The notes beneath the pieces were generated by a model. It made no database searches, was not told the DNA's origin, and saw only the letters and a program-made list of their open reading frames with translations. Positions 35,103-42,511 of a stretch of 64,000 bases of DNA are shown here, in pieces. The stretch is from Candidatus Binatia bacterium. GTDB taxonomy: Bacteria > Desulfobacterota > Binatia > UBA9968. Where the stretch lies: assembly GCA_050735975.1 (NCBI GenBank), contig JBOHVS010000019.1:7487-71486 (forward strand), given 5' to 3'. Positions within the stretch are counted from its first letter, which is position 1. Each line of letters begins with the position of its first letter. The position numbers and the translations under genes were made by a program.

Positions 35103-36182
35103 CTATTTTTTGGCCATATCGCGGAGGTAGCGGACGCCTGTTTGATAATCGTCGAATAGTTTCTTTAGTCCGTCTTTGACGATACGGTCTGCCTGTTTGC
35201 CGATCATGGCATCCGGAGGTTCCCCAAGCGCCTTCTCGAACTCAGCTCTAAATTCCGCATCCTGGGTCATCTTTGCAAGCGCGTCGCTCAGGATCGCGAT
35301 TCGCTCCGGCGGTACGCCCGGAGATACGCCAATGGAGTATTGAAAAGCTTGAGGAATCACCGCTGCTTTCCAGGCTTCCCAGCGAGCCCCGGTTTTTTTC
35401 TCTTTCGGCAAGACCTCGGCTAGCGTCGGCACGTGAGATAGAAGCTCCGATCGTTTGAATGTATCGTCTGCGCCGAGGATTCCAGTCTGCCAAAGAACGA
35501 CTGCGGTCCCGTTCTTCTCTCGGGGCTGAATATTCGACTTATAGCCGTCCTGCGGGTCCTCGAATAGATGAATCTCTCCCTTCTCAAAAGCCAACAGCAA
35601 ATCCGACGATCCCTTGTAACCTGTCACCCACGTGTGCGCTGCGCCAAATAACTCCAAGGCTAGCTTGGGTCTGAGGCTCCTCAAGCTCGTCACTCCAGAA
35701 CCCCCGACACGTAACTGAACGGACGTCTTCGAAAGCTCCTCCGCTTTTTTTAACTGGGTTGTCTTTGGATTGAAAACAGTCAGCCAACTGTCCGGTCCCA
35801 GCCATAGAATGGGCACCTTGCGAATATCGTATTTGACGTTTGCCGTGGTTAAGAACGTGTTCATCACTGAGCTCGACGGAAAATGAAGCAAGGTCAGACC
35901 GTCCGGGCGCGCGACGCTGAAAGCGTAGTTGGCGGCCACGAGACCACCGGCTCCGGTCATATTTTGAACGGTGATAGACGGATTTCCCGGAATATATTTG
36001 GGCAGGTAGCGAGCAAAGAGCCGCGCCCTGAGGTCAATCGTGCCCCCTGGCGCGAAACCGGCAATGATTGTAATGGTCTTGCCGCTATAAAATGGCTGCT
36101 CCGCTGCCCGGACATTTGTCGGGGCTTGTGCCAATCCGATGCCGGCACAAAACATTACCAAGCTGAGTTTTAATCGTTTCAT
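35103..36182 (-). CDS. Bug/TctC family periplasmic solute-binding protein (orphan, no tctA/tctB nearby)
   Basis: 359 aa. Signal peptide, then GFAPGGTIDLRARLFARYLPKY...VQNMTGAGGLVAANY...RPDGLTLL, resembling the Bug-family N-terminal signature. Confidence 0.7.
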   Translation of the reverse strand: MKRLKLSLVMFCAGIGLAQAPTNVRAAEQPFYSGKTITIIAGFAPGGTIDLRARLFARYLPKYIPGNPSITVQNMTGAGGLVAANYAFSVARPDGLTLLHFPSSSVMNTFLTTANVKYDIRKVPILWLGPDSWLTVFNPKTTQLKKAEELSKTSVQLRVGGSGVTSLRSLRPKLALELFGAAHTWVTGYKGSSDLLLAFEKGEIHLFEDPQDGYKSNIQPREKNGTAVVLWQTGILGADDTFKRSELLSHVPTLAEVLPKEKKTGARWEAWKAAVIPQAFQYSIGVSPGVPPERIAILSDALAKMTQDAEFRAEFEKALGEPPDAMIGKQADRIVKDGLKKLFDDYQTGVRYLRDMAKK

Positions 36183-36242
36183 CGACTGAACCTCCTGCGC
36201 TTATTGATCAGTTTCGCCACCAGGCTGATCTCTTAGTGTTTG

Positions 36243-37085
36243 TTACTTGCCGATGCGGGTCGCCCTCCAGCTTCCGCCCGATTTGAGGGTTCCCTCGATG
36301 GAGTTTCCGCTCACCCGGCCCGTGTATTGTGCCTCGCCAGCGGTGAAAATAATTTCATCGCCGTTAAGCTTGCCTTTGACCGGCGCGACCACATTACCCG
36401 ACTTAAGCGTGCCGCTAATCATCTGGAAAGTTTGCCTGAGCATAAGCTCACCTTTGGGAATCTTCCATGTGCCCCCTGCTTTAGCGGGCACGATCCACAG
36501 ATACGCCGTGCACCAATGGTCGCAGCCGGTTACCGTGGCCGTCTGGTCGGGCTTCCATTGTTCCATGTCGAACGAGTTCGACACGATACGGGTGCCGGGC
36601 TTGAGGTCCAAAATCTTCGGCCGAAGCTTAACATTGATGCTCGGGAGCAAAAACATGGTTATCACCGTGGCCTGCGAAAAATCGCTCTCGAACAAGTCGG
36701 CTTTGACGAAAGTCGCTTTGTCGCTGACGCCTTCCTTAGCGGCATTACGCTTCGACAGCTCGATCATGTCGGGATTGTATTCGATGCCGTGGGCCCGCAC
36801 GCCGCGTTTCGCGGCGGTAATCACCGTGCGCCCGTCACCCGAGCCGAGGTCAATGACGTAATCGTTCGGCGTGACGTTCGCCATATCGAGCATTTTGTCC
36901 ACCAACTCCTGCGGCGTCGGCACCCACACTACGTCTTTGCCTTCCTGCCCAACCTGAGGTTCGTAATCTTTCGCGGGCTGCGCCTGTAGAAAACCGCCCG
37001 CGGGGATCATTGATAGGCACAACACAAAAACCAAACGACGCAGATAACCTAGTGCATTCATGTTTGTTCTCCCATTCCTTATCAA
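36243..37085 (-). CDS. Class I SAM-dependent methyltransferase with N-terminal signal/anchor and C-terminal beta-rich extension
   Basis: 280 aa. N-terminus MNALGYLRRLVFVLCLSMIPAGGFLQAQP, SAM motif I VIDLGSGDGR and post-I HGIEYNP. About 85 aa follow the MTase core. Start 37085 or 37061. Confidence 0.75.
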   Translation of the reverse strand: MIRNGRTNMNALGYLRRLVFVLCLSMIPAGGFLQAQPAKDYEPQVGQEGKDVVWVPTPQELVDKMLDMANVTPNDYVIDLGSGDGRTVITAAKRGVRAHGIEYNPDMIELSKRNAAKEGVSDKATFVKADLFESDFSQATVITMFLLPSINVKLRPKILDLKPGTRIVSNSFDMEQWKPDQTATVTGCDHWCTAYLWIVPAKAGGTWKIPKGELMLRQTFQMISGTLKSGNVVAPVKGKLNGDEIIFTAGEAQYTGRVSGNSIEGTLKSGGSWRATRIGK

Positions 37086-37341
37086 GCTGTCGCTGAGATT
37101 AGCAGTCGCAGTCCATCTGCGAGACCCTCAAAGAGACCTCTCCATACTCCAAGGGCGAGAAAATGTCCAGAAAGCCTGCGAAACGGTAGTGACTCATTTT
37201 GGTGAGCCACTGCCCCTTCAACTCTTGCAAAACCCAGATTCTTCGGCTGCCGCCTCAAAATGATACTTGATGGGGCTGTCATCCTGAATCCTTCGACTGT
37301 CACTAACCTGCGAAACAACACTGCAAGGGGCAGGGAGGAAA

Positions 37342-37364
37342 GAGCTAAGAGCTAAGAGCTAAGA
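37342..37364. repeat. Family C heptad tandem repeat (GAGCTAA x3.3)
   Basis: GAGCTAAGAGCTAAGAGCTAAGAG is the reverse complement of the TTAGCTC heptads at 33948-33975. Confidence 0.8.
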
Positions 37365-37376
37365 GTGGCGACGGGT

Positions 37377-37405
37377 TTGACATTGCATCTTTCAAGGTAC
37401 ATAAA
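37377..37405 (+). promoter_or_regulatory. Candidate sigma70-type promoter (TTGACA-N17-CATAAA)
   Basis: Perfect -35 hexamer at 37377-37382, 17-nt spacer, 4/6 match to TATAAT at 37400-37405. Lies about 60 nt upstream of the lipoprotein ATG at 37464. Sequence match only. Confidence 0.25.
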
Positions 37406-37463
37406 TATCGCCGGTTTGGGCCGCAATGCGTCTAAGGTTTCAACACGGAGGCACAGCAAAAAC

Positions 37464-37910
37464 ATGAGGCAGCTAAAACTCATATTATTGGCTTTGGTCG
37501 CAGCCACGCTTCAAAGCTGCGTTGTCGTTGATCGTGACCGTGACGCGATATCTTGCGGCAGAAATCATCGTCTGCGAGTGGTGGACTTGAATATGTCGCC
37601 GGACCCCATAGCCCAGGGCCAACGAGTCAACCGTTGGGTCGTGCGGCTTCGGGCCGATGGGTCCGGAGAGTGTAGGACGGTGGTTCGGATTCGAGATTCC
37701 GAAGGGGAAGAAGTAGGGCGGGAGTTGGCCTACCGCCTGAGACCGGGCATTAACGAGATGGTAGTCGAACCTTCCGAGCGATATCGCTTCAGCCGCAACG
37801 AGCATTGCCTTCAGGTGGTTGCCAACATCGCGGGGACACCGCGATCGGTCGATGCAGAGCGACGCTTCTGTGCGCGAGGGATCGGAGGCCGTCGTTGGAG
37901 CATGCGTTAA
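37464..37910 (+). CDS. Small predicted lipoprotein, unknown function
   Basis: Trimmed to ATG 37464: MRQLKLILLALVAATLQSC = signal peptide plus lipobox. 148 aa, four further Cys. No family recognised. Confidence 0.5.
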   Translation: MRQLKLILLALVAATLQSCVVVDRDRDAISCGRNHRLRVVDLNMSPDPIAQGQRVNRWVVRLRADGSGECRTVVRIRDSEGEEVGRELAYRLRPGINEMVVEPSERYRFSRNEHCLQVVANIAGTPRSVDAERRFCARGIGGRRWSMR

Positions 37911-37984
37911 GTCGAGACGGTTTCGCGGCGCTGTTCGACGGAGGAAAGGGATGAAAACGAGCCGGCCGGGCACCAGCCGCGCCG

Positions 37985-38812
37985 TTATCGATCAGAGACG
38001 TCAATAAATATGCCGTCGGGATCGGAGAATTGGTGCTGCCCATGACGGCAAGAGGCGATCAGGGCAAGCCGACGCTCCCCCTCTTCCGGCGCGCTGATAA
38101 TTCTCTCATGCATCGCCGGGTCGGACTCGCGCAACGCCGCCAGATCTTTCTTCACAGCTTCTACGTTGTCCACCGTAAACCCGAGGTGCTCTAAGCCTGG
38201 CCGGTCGATTCCAGCGCCGGCGTAATCGCTCATACGCCATGGCGCGATGACCAGTGTTACCCGGCCATCCGTGAGATAGTGATTGGGATCTTCCAAAGCC
38301 TTTTCCGCTTCATACAAATCGAATAAGTCCCGATAAAATGAAGCAATTGCCGTGGGGTCCATCACGCGTAGTTTGATGTGACTTATGCGGCTCTTTTCTT
38401 CCCGCCCGCCCTCTGCATAAACATCTCTTCTGTTGTCCATTCCTTCCTGAGTCAGGTCGAAGTAGTTTCCTTCGGGATCGTGAGCGCCAAAGGTCGCGAA
38501 GGGTCGGTTAGAAGGGCGCTTGAGCACGGCAACGGCCGGATATCTCTGTTTGATACGGGCGCGGGCCTGCTCGACATCGTCGACATCGACCCCAAAATGG
38601 TGCAGGCCGGGCACATAGCCCGGTTTTCTCCCGATCACGGTCATGCCGACATAGCCGTCACCGATGCTCAGCGCATAGTTTGTCTTGATCGCCTTTTCTT
38701 CCTCGGCGGAGCCCGGTTTGGATCTTTTCATCCCGAAGACAGCTTCGTAGAACCTGGTCTCCCGGACGAAGTTCTCGCTGACTATGGCCACGTGTTGAAT
38801 CTTGGTTTTCAT
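37985..38812 (-). CDS. Two-domain VOC family protein (glyoxalase/extradiol dioxygenase-like)
   Basis: 275 aa. Duplicated modules IQHVAIVSEN...HHFGVDVDD and ISHIKLRVMD...LEHLGFTVDN. 18 nt downstream of the Rieske oxygenase gene. Confidence 0.8.
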   Translation of the reverse strand: MKTKIQHVAIVSENFVRETRFYEAVFGMKRSKPGSAEEEKAIKTNYALSIGDGYVGMTVIGRKPGYVPGLHHFGVDVDDVEQARARIKQRYPAVAVLKRPSNRPFATFGAHDPEGNYFDLTQEGMDNRRDVYAEGGREEKSRISHIKLRVMDPTAIASFYRDLFDLYEAEKALEDPNHYLTDGRVTLVIAPWRMSDYAGAGIDRPGLEHLGFTVDNVEAVKKDLAALRESDPAMHERIISAPEEGERRLALIASCRHGQHQFSDPDGIFIDVSDR

Positions 38813-38830
38813 AGTGCCGCCTCCAACGAG

Positions 38831-40138
38831 TCATGTTTCCTTGTCCGAGTAACTGGTTGCAGTTGCTTGCCGATACTCGCTCTCCAGCTTTTTCGAATAT
38901 TGCTTCCAGTCCGTTGACGCGGCGACGATTTCAGAAATCACCACGAGATGCGGGAAGCGGTTCAATTTCGCATCTCTTATCACATGCTGCGGCTCGCGTC
39001 CTTCCTTGAGGTCTTTGATGGCATTCAAAAGTAGCTTACGCGCTGCGACGATCGCTTTATCCGAAGAGACGAGGTGTTCCCGCGTTCTGTCCTGAATCGG
39101 CCCCTGACTTTCCGTAGCAAAAGCATCGTGAGCTTGAAAGTTGAAGCCCATGCCGGTAAAGCTCATCATCTTCATGGAGTCCCGGTCTTGGCCGTAGCGA
39201 TTCGTCTCGTTGCGGGTCAACGTGTAATCCGGCGTCAGTTCGGAGCAGTTTTTCTTGGACAATTCCGGGTCGAGCGGCCTTTCCCGACTGAACATGAAAA
39301 CGTATTTCCAATGGTGGCTATCATCAATCGGCACATGCCAGTGAACGGCATAACCTTCACCCACGGTTGAACCGCCGAAGGCGGCCAGATTCGGGATTAC
39401 AAAATTCGTGATGCGCAAATACAACTTTCCCGAATCCGCTTCCCGGATCGTATAAATCCGCAGCCCGAAATCTGTAAGTTCCACCTCGATTATCGGAGCC
39501 ATGTCTTTGCCGAGCAAAGCGTTATCAGAAGTGTTGCCGCCGCTCACCACGCGCTGTCGGGAGATCTGCGCCTCTGAAAGGTACTGATGCAAGAAAGAAA
39601 GGTGAACCGGATCTATATTCCCTTCGTTGGCCTGCAGGTAATTGCAGTCGTACAGGATTTTGGTGACGGTCCTTTGCGCTTCCGTGACCGTCAGGAATTC
39701 GTAATTCGGCAGCAAGGGCGGTTCCCCGGGACCCATGTACGCGAAGATAACTCCGCCTTGCTCCTGGCAAGGATAAGCAAGGTGACGAATGTCATCTTTA
39801 TGCGCTCCTCCGCCGGGTTCCCCGGGCTGTTCGAGGACCTTGCCGCAGATGTCATACAGCCAGCCATGATAAAGGCATCTCAGTCCTTCGTGTTCGATGC
39901 GTCCGTAACTGAGATCCGTTCCCCTGTGAGAACAATGGAGCCCCAACAATCCTGGACGTCCTCCATTATCACGGAAGAGGACTAACTCCTCGCCCAGAAT
40001 CTTCACCTTGAGGGGATCCCCTCCGCCGGTCAGTTCCTCTGAAAGGGCGACGGGCTGCCAATATCGCCGCAGCAAATCGCCGCATGGAGTGGCCGGGCCC
40101 GTTCGAGTCAGTAGATTATTTTCTTCCGTGGAAATCAT
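38831..40138 (-). CDS. Rieske [2Fe-2S] non-heme iron oxygenase, alpha (catalytic) subunit type
   Basis: 435 aa. Rieske motif CSHRGTDLSYG-x-LRCLYHGW and mononuclear iron motif NIDPVHLSFLH. Confidence 0.88.
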   Translation of the reverse strand: MISTEENNLLTRTGPATPCGDLLRRYWQPVALSEELTGGGDPLKVKILGEELVLFRDNGGRPGLLGLHCSHRGTDLSYGRIEHEGLRCLYHGWLYDICGKVLEQPGEPGGGAHKDDIRHLAYPCQEQGGVIFAYMGPGEPPLLPNYEFLTVTEAQRTVTKILYDCNYLQANEGNIDPVHLSFLHQYLSEAQISRQRVVSGGNTSDNALLGKDMAPIIEVELTDFGLRIYTIREADSGKLYLRITNFVIPNLAAFGGSTVGEGYAVHWHVPIDDSHHWKYVFMFSRERPLDPELSKKNCSELTPDYTLTRNETNRYGQDRDSMKMMSFTGMGFNFQAHDAFATESQGPIQDRTREHLVSSDKAIVAARKLLLNAIKDLKEGREPQHVIRDAKLNRFPHLVVISEIVAASTDWKQYSKKLESEYRQATATSYSDKET

Positions 40139-40260
40139 TTTCAGTTGTCCTTCAGGCGGTCTGTTTCGGACTGCCGAGCCGATACCTGCGCATTATGCCC
40201 AGCATACCCCACCAACTTTATCACCAGGCAAGATAGGATGAATTGAGAAGGGCCGTCAAT

Positions 40261-40288
40261 ACTCTTGATTGCAGACTCTTGATTGCAG
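40261..40288. promoter_or_regulatory. Perfect 14-bp tandem direct repeat (ACTCTTGATTGCAG x2), candidate regulator binding site
   Basis: Units at 40261-40274 and 40275-40288 are identical; a degenerate third copy ACTCTGTTTGCAG lies at 40387-40399. Located in the divergent Rieske/SET intergenic region. The binding-site role is inference. Confidence 0.3.
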
Positions 40289-40424
40289 AGGGGACGGCAT
40301 GCCATCTAGTCCTAGTTCACCGATGTCCATGCCGATCTGCACCGGAGCTTTTAAGCAATTCCCGAAATATGGTAAGAGTTGGAGAGACTCTGTTTGCAGG
40401 CTGCAAGGGTACAGGACGGTCTAT

Positions 40425-40895
40425 ATGGCTACAGTTCCAAGGCGAAAAGCTCGACGCCGTTTCGGCGCTAGGAATTCTCCGATTCACGGCCGCGGTGTCT
40501 TTGCACGGACGGCGATTCACAAAGGAACGCGGATTATCGAATATAAGGGAGAAAGAATATCACACGAAGAGGCGGACGCGCGTTATGCGGAGATGCATGA
40601 ACACTCTCCCCATACGATGCTCTTTACTGTCGACGATGAGATCGTGATCGATGCCACCCGCAAGGGCAACTCAGCGCGCTGGATCAATCACTCATGCTCG
40701 CCCAATTGCGAAGTGGCGGACGAGGATCGGCGGATCTTTATCGAAGCGCGGCGCGACATCGTTATCGGCGAAGAGCTCACCTACGATTACAATCTCCAGA
40801 TCGGTGAACCCCACACCGCCGCGGCGAAGCGCGCCCACCTGTGTTTCTGCGGAGCGAGGCGTTGCCGCGGTACCTTGCTCGGCGAAGCGGAATGA
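40425..40895 (+). CDS. SET domain protein (protein-lysine N-methyltransferase-like)
   Basis: Trimmed to ATG 40425 (MATVPRRKARRRFG). Motifs SPIHGRGVFA, RWINHSCSPNC, GEELTYDY and post-SET Cys cluster CFCGARRCRG. Confidence 0.85.
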   Translation: MATVPRRKARRRFGARNSPIHGRGVFARTAIHKGTRIIEYKGERISHEEADARYAEMHEHSPHTMLFTVDDEIVIDATRKGNSARWINHSCSPNCEVADEDRRIFIEARRDIVIGEELTYDYNLQIGEPHTAAAKRAHLCFCGARRCRGTLLGEAE

Positions 40896-40904
40896 GCCAA
40901 GCCT

Positions 40905-41028
40905 GCATGGAGCATGGAGCATGGAGCGGGGGAGCAGCAAGGAGCATGGAGCACGGAGCAGAGATCAGAAGTCAGCGACTCTGAGCCGAACTCCTTCTGA
41001 CGTCTGACCTCCGATCGCTGATTTCTGC
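40905..41028. repeat. Family C heptad-periodic tract (GCATGGA units) followed by an inverted repeat
   Basis: GCATGGA x3, then GCGGGGG|AGCAGCA|AGGAGCA|TGGAGCA|CGGAGCA|GAGATCA|GAAGTCA. CAGAAGTCAGCGA (about 40966-40978) pairs with TCGCTGATTTCTG (about 41015-41027). Lies between convergent genes. Confidence 0.8.
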
Positions 41029-41046
41029 CTTCGCGGCTAATCCGAG

Positions 41047-41745
41047 CTATGCGCTGCCGCGCATCATCGACCGCAGCACGGGTTCAAGAACTTTCCAGAC
41101 GTTGGCGGCGACAATTTGGTGCCCTCTGGCGGTTGGGTGAATTCCATCGGGCAGGTTGAGTTCCCGTAACCCCCCTACCCCTTCCAAGATGAACGGAATG
41201 AGCGCAGCGTTGTTCTCCTTGGCTAAGCTTGAGAACATACTTTCGAATCGCGCGACGTAGTCGCGCCCCATGTTCGGCGGCATCTTCATTCCGGCTATGA
41301 CCACTTTGAGGTCGGGATACCGTTCTTTGCTGCGCTGAATGATCGCCTGAAGATTTTTTCTAATCACGTCGACCGGTAAGCCGCGCAGTCCATCGTTGGC
41401 GCCCAGCTCGAGAACCAACACATCTATTCTGCTTTTGAGCAGCCAATCCAGCCGGCTCAAGCCTCCGGCGCTGGTGTCACCGCTCTGGCCAGCGTTAATG
41501 ACTTTGAAATTCCACCCCTTGGCGTTAATCCGTTCCTGAATCAAAGCCGGATAAGCTTGGGTTGATTCGAGGCCGTAACCGGCGGTAATGCTGTCTCCGA
41601 GGAACATTACGGTCCGCGGACTCGGAGCCGCTCCCCACAGGACTAGCAGACAAACGCAGCCGGCCGCCACAAGCCGTACGGTGTTGGTGAGTTGAGTTGA
41701 GCCGGCAAAAACTCTACAGTTATAAAACGCCATTCGCCGTACCAT
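41047..41745 (-). CDS. tesA: SGNH/GDSL hydrolase, TesA-like arylesterase/thioesterase
   Basis: Track ORF trimmed to the Met at 41745, preceded by AGGAGG. Signal-like N-terminus, then blocks FLGDSITAGYG, GQSGDT, ELGANDGLRG and DGIHPTARGH. The upstream part of the track ORF is antisense to ybbA. Confidence 0.8.
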   Translation of the reverse strand: MVRRMAFYNCRVFAGSTQLTNTVRLVAAGCVCLLVLWGAAPSPRTVMFLGDSITAGYGLESTQAYPALIQERINAKGWNFKVINAGQSGDTSAGGLSRLDWLLKSRIDVLVLELGANDGLRGLPVDVIRKNLQAIIQRSKERYPDLKVVIAGMKMPPNMGRDYVARFESMFSSLAKENNAALIPFILEGVGGLRELNLPDGIHPTARGHQIVAANVWKVLEPVLRSMMRGSA

Positions 41746-41791
41746 TTGAAATGCTTCCCCTCCTAACCTTAATCGCGTCCGCAAATCAATC

Positions 41792-42511
41792 ATGAAGGCC
41801 TCCAATATTCTGAAGGTAGAGCATTTAAAGAAGTTTTTTAAGAGCGGGGACCAAACTCTCACGGTCCTCGATGATGTCTCCTTCGACATTGAAGAGGGGA
41901 GCGCCTGCGCCATTGTCGGGCCTTCAGGAAGCGGCAAAACCACTCTCATCGCGATTTGCGCAGGGCTGGAGCGGCCCAGTGAAGGGTCGGTAATCTTTAG
42001 CGAACTTCCTATGCACCGATCGAGTGAAGAGGACCTTGCCCGCATTCGCAACGAGTTGATCGGCTTTATCTTTCAAAGTTTTCAATTATTCCCCTCTCTC
42101 ACGGCGCTCGAGAATGTCATGCTCCCGGCGGAGATTCGCGGGCAAAATCACGCGCGCAGCCGGGCCGCGGAGCTATTGGAGCGGGTCGGCCTCGAAGAAC
42201 GACTGCATCACCATCCCATCCAGCTCTCGGGTGGAGAGCAACAAAGGGTCGCGATCGCGCGGGCTTTCATGAACCGGCCGAAGATCCTCTTTGCCGACGA
42301 GCCCACTGGCAATCTCGACGCCGAAACGGCGCGGGGGATTGTACGGTTAATTTTCGAGTTGAACGCCACCGCCCGGACAACTTTGATGCTGGTCACCCAC
42401 GACCGCGAATTGACCCAACAGGCCGGGCGCGTCATCACTCTGAAGGGCGGAAAGTTGGTCTTGGACTCGCGAGCGGCGCCAGAAGCTCACAGACCGGGAA
42501 ATTCAAGCTGA
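41792..42511 (+). CDS. ybbA: MacB-type ABC transporter ATP-binding protein (YbbA-like)
   Basis: 239 aa. Walker A GPSGSGKTT, signature [14 protein letters not shown], Walker [12 protein letters not shown]. Divergent from tesA as in E. coli. Confidence 0.85.
   Translation: MKASNILKVEHLKKFFKSGDQTLTVLDDVSFDIEEGSACAIVGPSGSGKTTLIAICAGLERPSEGSVIFSELPMHRSSEEDLARIRNELIGFIFQSFQLFPSLTALENVMLPAEIRGQNHARSRAAELLERVGLEERLHHHPIQLSGGEQQRVAIARAFMNRPKILFADEPTGNLDAETARGIVRLIFELNATARTTLMLVTHDRELTQQAGRVITLKGGKLVLDSRAAPEAHRPGNSS

Noticed and set aside
37225-37300. Degenerate palindrome CTCAAAATGAT...GTCATCCTGAA and similar weak hairpins (25615-25640 CATTTCGACCGAAGGGAGAAATC; 14070-14100 GGAGAGGG..CCCTCTCC) as additional repeat families.
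   Set aside because: Each is seen only once in this window, so repetitiveness cannot be shown from the sequence provided. They may belong to genome-wide families, but that needs a whole-genome search.
41791-41794. Back-to-back overlapping start codons of tesA and ybbA in the palindrome TCATGA (minus-strand ATG at 41793, plus-strand ATG at 41792).
   Set aside because: The minus-strand Met at 41793 would add 16 residues with no signal-peptide character. The Met at 41745 has an AGGAGG upstream and begins a plausible signal sequence. The overlap is probably coincidental.
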